This document shows, in pieces, positions 61,957 to 64,000 of a stretch of DNA of 64,000 bases (the first letter of the stretch is position 1; each line of letters starts with the position of its first letter). Location of the stretch: contig NC_090331.1 in NCBI RefSeq assembly GCF_035084215.1, forward strand, positions 65,472,001 to 65,536,000. Direction: 5' to 3'. The notes under the pieces were generated by a model. The model did no database searches. It was given only the letters and a program-made list of their open reading frames with translations, and had not been told where the DNA came from. This stretch comes from Heptranchias perlo. Taxonomy: Eukaryota. The position numbers and the translations under genes are program-made.

Positions 61957-63250
61957 GATTACTGACTGCCAAATACAGGGATTATTGACTGTTAAATACA
62001 GAGACTACTGATTGTCAAATACGGGGATGACTGACCGCCAAATCCAGGGAGCACTGACTGCAAAATACCAGTTGTACTGACTGCCAAATAATGGCAGTAG
62101 TGCCTGCCAAATAAAACGGGTACTGACTGCTAAATACAGGGGTTTTGACTCCCAAATACAGGATGTACTGGCTGTCAAATTCCTGGAGCACTGACTGTCA
62201 AATACAGGGAGCACTGACCAACAAATACAAGCAATAGTAACTGCCATATAGAGGAAGTCCTGACTGCCAAATACAGAGAGTACTGACTGTCAAATGTAGT
62301 GATAATTTGACTGTCAAATACAGGAAGTTTTCACTGGCAAATACAGGGAGCATTGACTGTCAAATACATGGAGTACTGACTGTAAAATAGAGGGAGTACT
62401 GATGACCAAATTCAGGGAGCACTGACTGCCAACTACAGAGAGTACTGAATGTAAAATGTAGGGAATACTGACTGTCATTAACAGGGAGTATTACGTTTCA
62501 AGTACAGGGATTACTGACTTCCAAAAACAAGCAGTACTGACTGACAAATATATGGATTACTGACTGCCAAATGCAGTGAGTAATGACTGTCAAATATTGG
62601 GATTACTGACTGCCCAATACATAGAGTACTGACTGCCAAATACAGGAAGTACTGACTGCCAAATACAACGAGTACTGACTGCCAAATACAGGGAGTGCTG
62701 ACTGCCAAGTGCAGGGAGTGCTGACTGCGAAATACAGGAAGTACTGACTGCCAAATACAACGAGTACTGACTGCCAAATACAGGGATTACTGACTGCCAA
62801 GTACAAGGATTATTGACTGCCAAGTACAGAAAGCTCCGACTATCAAATGCAGTGAGTAATAACTGCCAAATATGGGGAATACTGACTGCCAAATACCGGT
62901 ATTACTGACTGTCAAATACAGTGTTTATTGACTTCCATATACAGGGATTACTGACTGTGAAATATAGGGTGTATTGCATGCCAAATACAGGGAGCATTGA
63001 CTATCTAATACTGAGAGCACTGACTGTCAATTACAGGGATTACAGACTGTCAAAATACAGTGATTAATGAATGCGAAATGCCTGAATTTCTGACTGCCAA
63101 ATACAGAAAGTACAGTATGTCAAATATAAGGATTACTGACTGCCAAATTCACGGTTTACTGACTGTCAAATACAATGTTTTCTGACTTCCAAATACAGGG
63201 GTTTCTGACTGCAAAATACCGGGATTACTGACTGTCAAAAACATGGATTA

Positions 63251-64000
63251 GGTGTACCTAAAAATGAAGTGCCAACCTGGTGAAGCTACAACTCAGGACT
63301 ACATGCATGCTAAACAGCGGAAACAACATGCTATAGACAGAGCTAAGCGATTCCACAATCAACGGATCAGATCAAAGCTCTGCAGTCCTGCCACATCCAG
63401 TCGTGAATGGTGGTGGACAATTAAACAACTAACGGGAGGAGAAGGCTCTGTAAACATCCCCATCCTTAATGATGGCGGAGTCCAGCACATGAGTGCAAAA
63501 GACAAGGCTGAAGTGTTTGCAACCATCTTCAGCCAGAAGTGCCGAGTGGATGATCAATCCGATATCGGCCTCCTCCTGATATCGTCACCATCACAGAAGC
63601 CAGTCTTCAGCCAATTCGATTCACTCCACATGATATCAAGAAACGGCTGAGTGCACTGGATACAACAAAGGCTATGGGCCCCGACAACATCCCGGTTGTA
63701 GTGCTGAAGACTTGTGCTCCAGAACTAGCTGCGCCTCTAGCCAAGCTGTTCCAGTACAGCTACAAACTGGCATCTACCCGACAATGTGGAAAATTGCCCA
63801 GGTATGTCCTGTCCACAAAAAGCAGGACAAATCCAATCCGGCCAATTACCGCCCCATCAGTCTACTCTCAATCATCAGCAAAGTGATGGAAGGTGTCGTC
63901 GACAGTGCTTTCAAGCGGCACTTACTCACCAATAACCTGCTCACCGATGCTCAGTTTGGGTTCCGCCAGGACCACTCGGCTCCAGATCTCATTACAGCCT
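63251..64000 (+). mobile_element. Second copy of the same LINE insertion (duplicated, runs off the window)
   Basis: Same 5' junction (CATGGATTA|GGTGTACC), same frameshifts and same upstream satellite variants, offset by 3266 bp. Confidence 0.93.

Larger units (their letters stand above)
29165..63250 (+). repeat. 23-bp satellite/minisatellite array, consensus CAAATACAGGGA(TT/GT)ACTGACTG(C/T), interrupted by transposons
   Basis: Continuous diverged tandem monomers read directly from the sequence. They are in one orientation except for two short inverted segments, and decayed at the left edge. Confidence 0.97.

Noticed and set aside
43067-61961. Site-specific targeting of the satellite by transposons
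   Set aside because: The four insertions fall at different positions of the monomer (after TACAGG, ACTGAC, CAAATAC and GGATTA), and the same families also occur outside the array.
29165-63250. CRISPR-like array
   Set aside because: Monomers are directly tandem with no unique spacers. There are no cas genes and the context is eukaryotic.
33800-63250. Many short minus-strand ORFs (LYLAVSNPCIWQSV...)
   Set aside because: These are translations of the 23-bp satellite cycling through frames.
33800-63250. Telomere-derived or immunoglobulin switch-like repeat
   Set aside because: No TTAGGG runs, no AGCT/GAGCT pentamer enrichment and no Ig segments.

Overview
Eukaryotic, gene-poor and repeat-dominated DNA. 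The repeat families (CR1 LINEs with GGCCTACTCCT/ATGTTCCT-type tails and an SGNH-esterase ORF1, L2, a Zenon/jockey-like LINE, tRNA-type SINEs, many PIF/Harbinger elements) point to a cartilaginous fish; this is inference. 1-29 kb is unique-looking AT-rich sequence with nested LINE, SINE and Harbinger remnants. I recognise no host protein-coding gene, only two weak candidate exons. From about 29.2 kb onward is a 23-bp satellite (CAAATACAGGGATTACTGACTGC) of about 34 kb. It contains a young homogeneous 27-bp sub-array, higher-order repeats with a short inverted segment, and nested insertions: a Harbinger MITE, two CR1s, and a 4.3-kb Harbinger with TIRs and TSD whose Myb/SANT partner ORF carries about 26 in-frame 33-bp (11-aa) repeats. 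A LINE has also been duplicated together with the satellite at a 3266-bp offset. All transposon ORFs seen are defective. I see no clear new functional system; the best leads are listed as findings.
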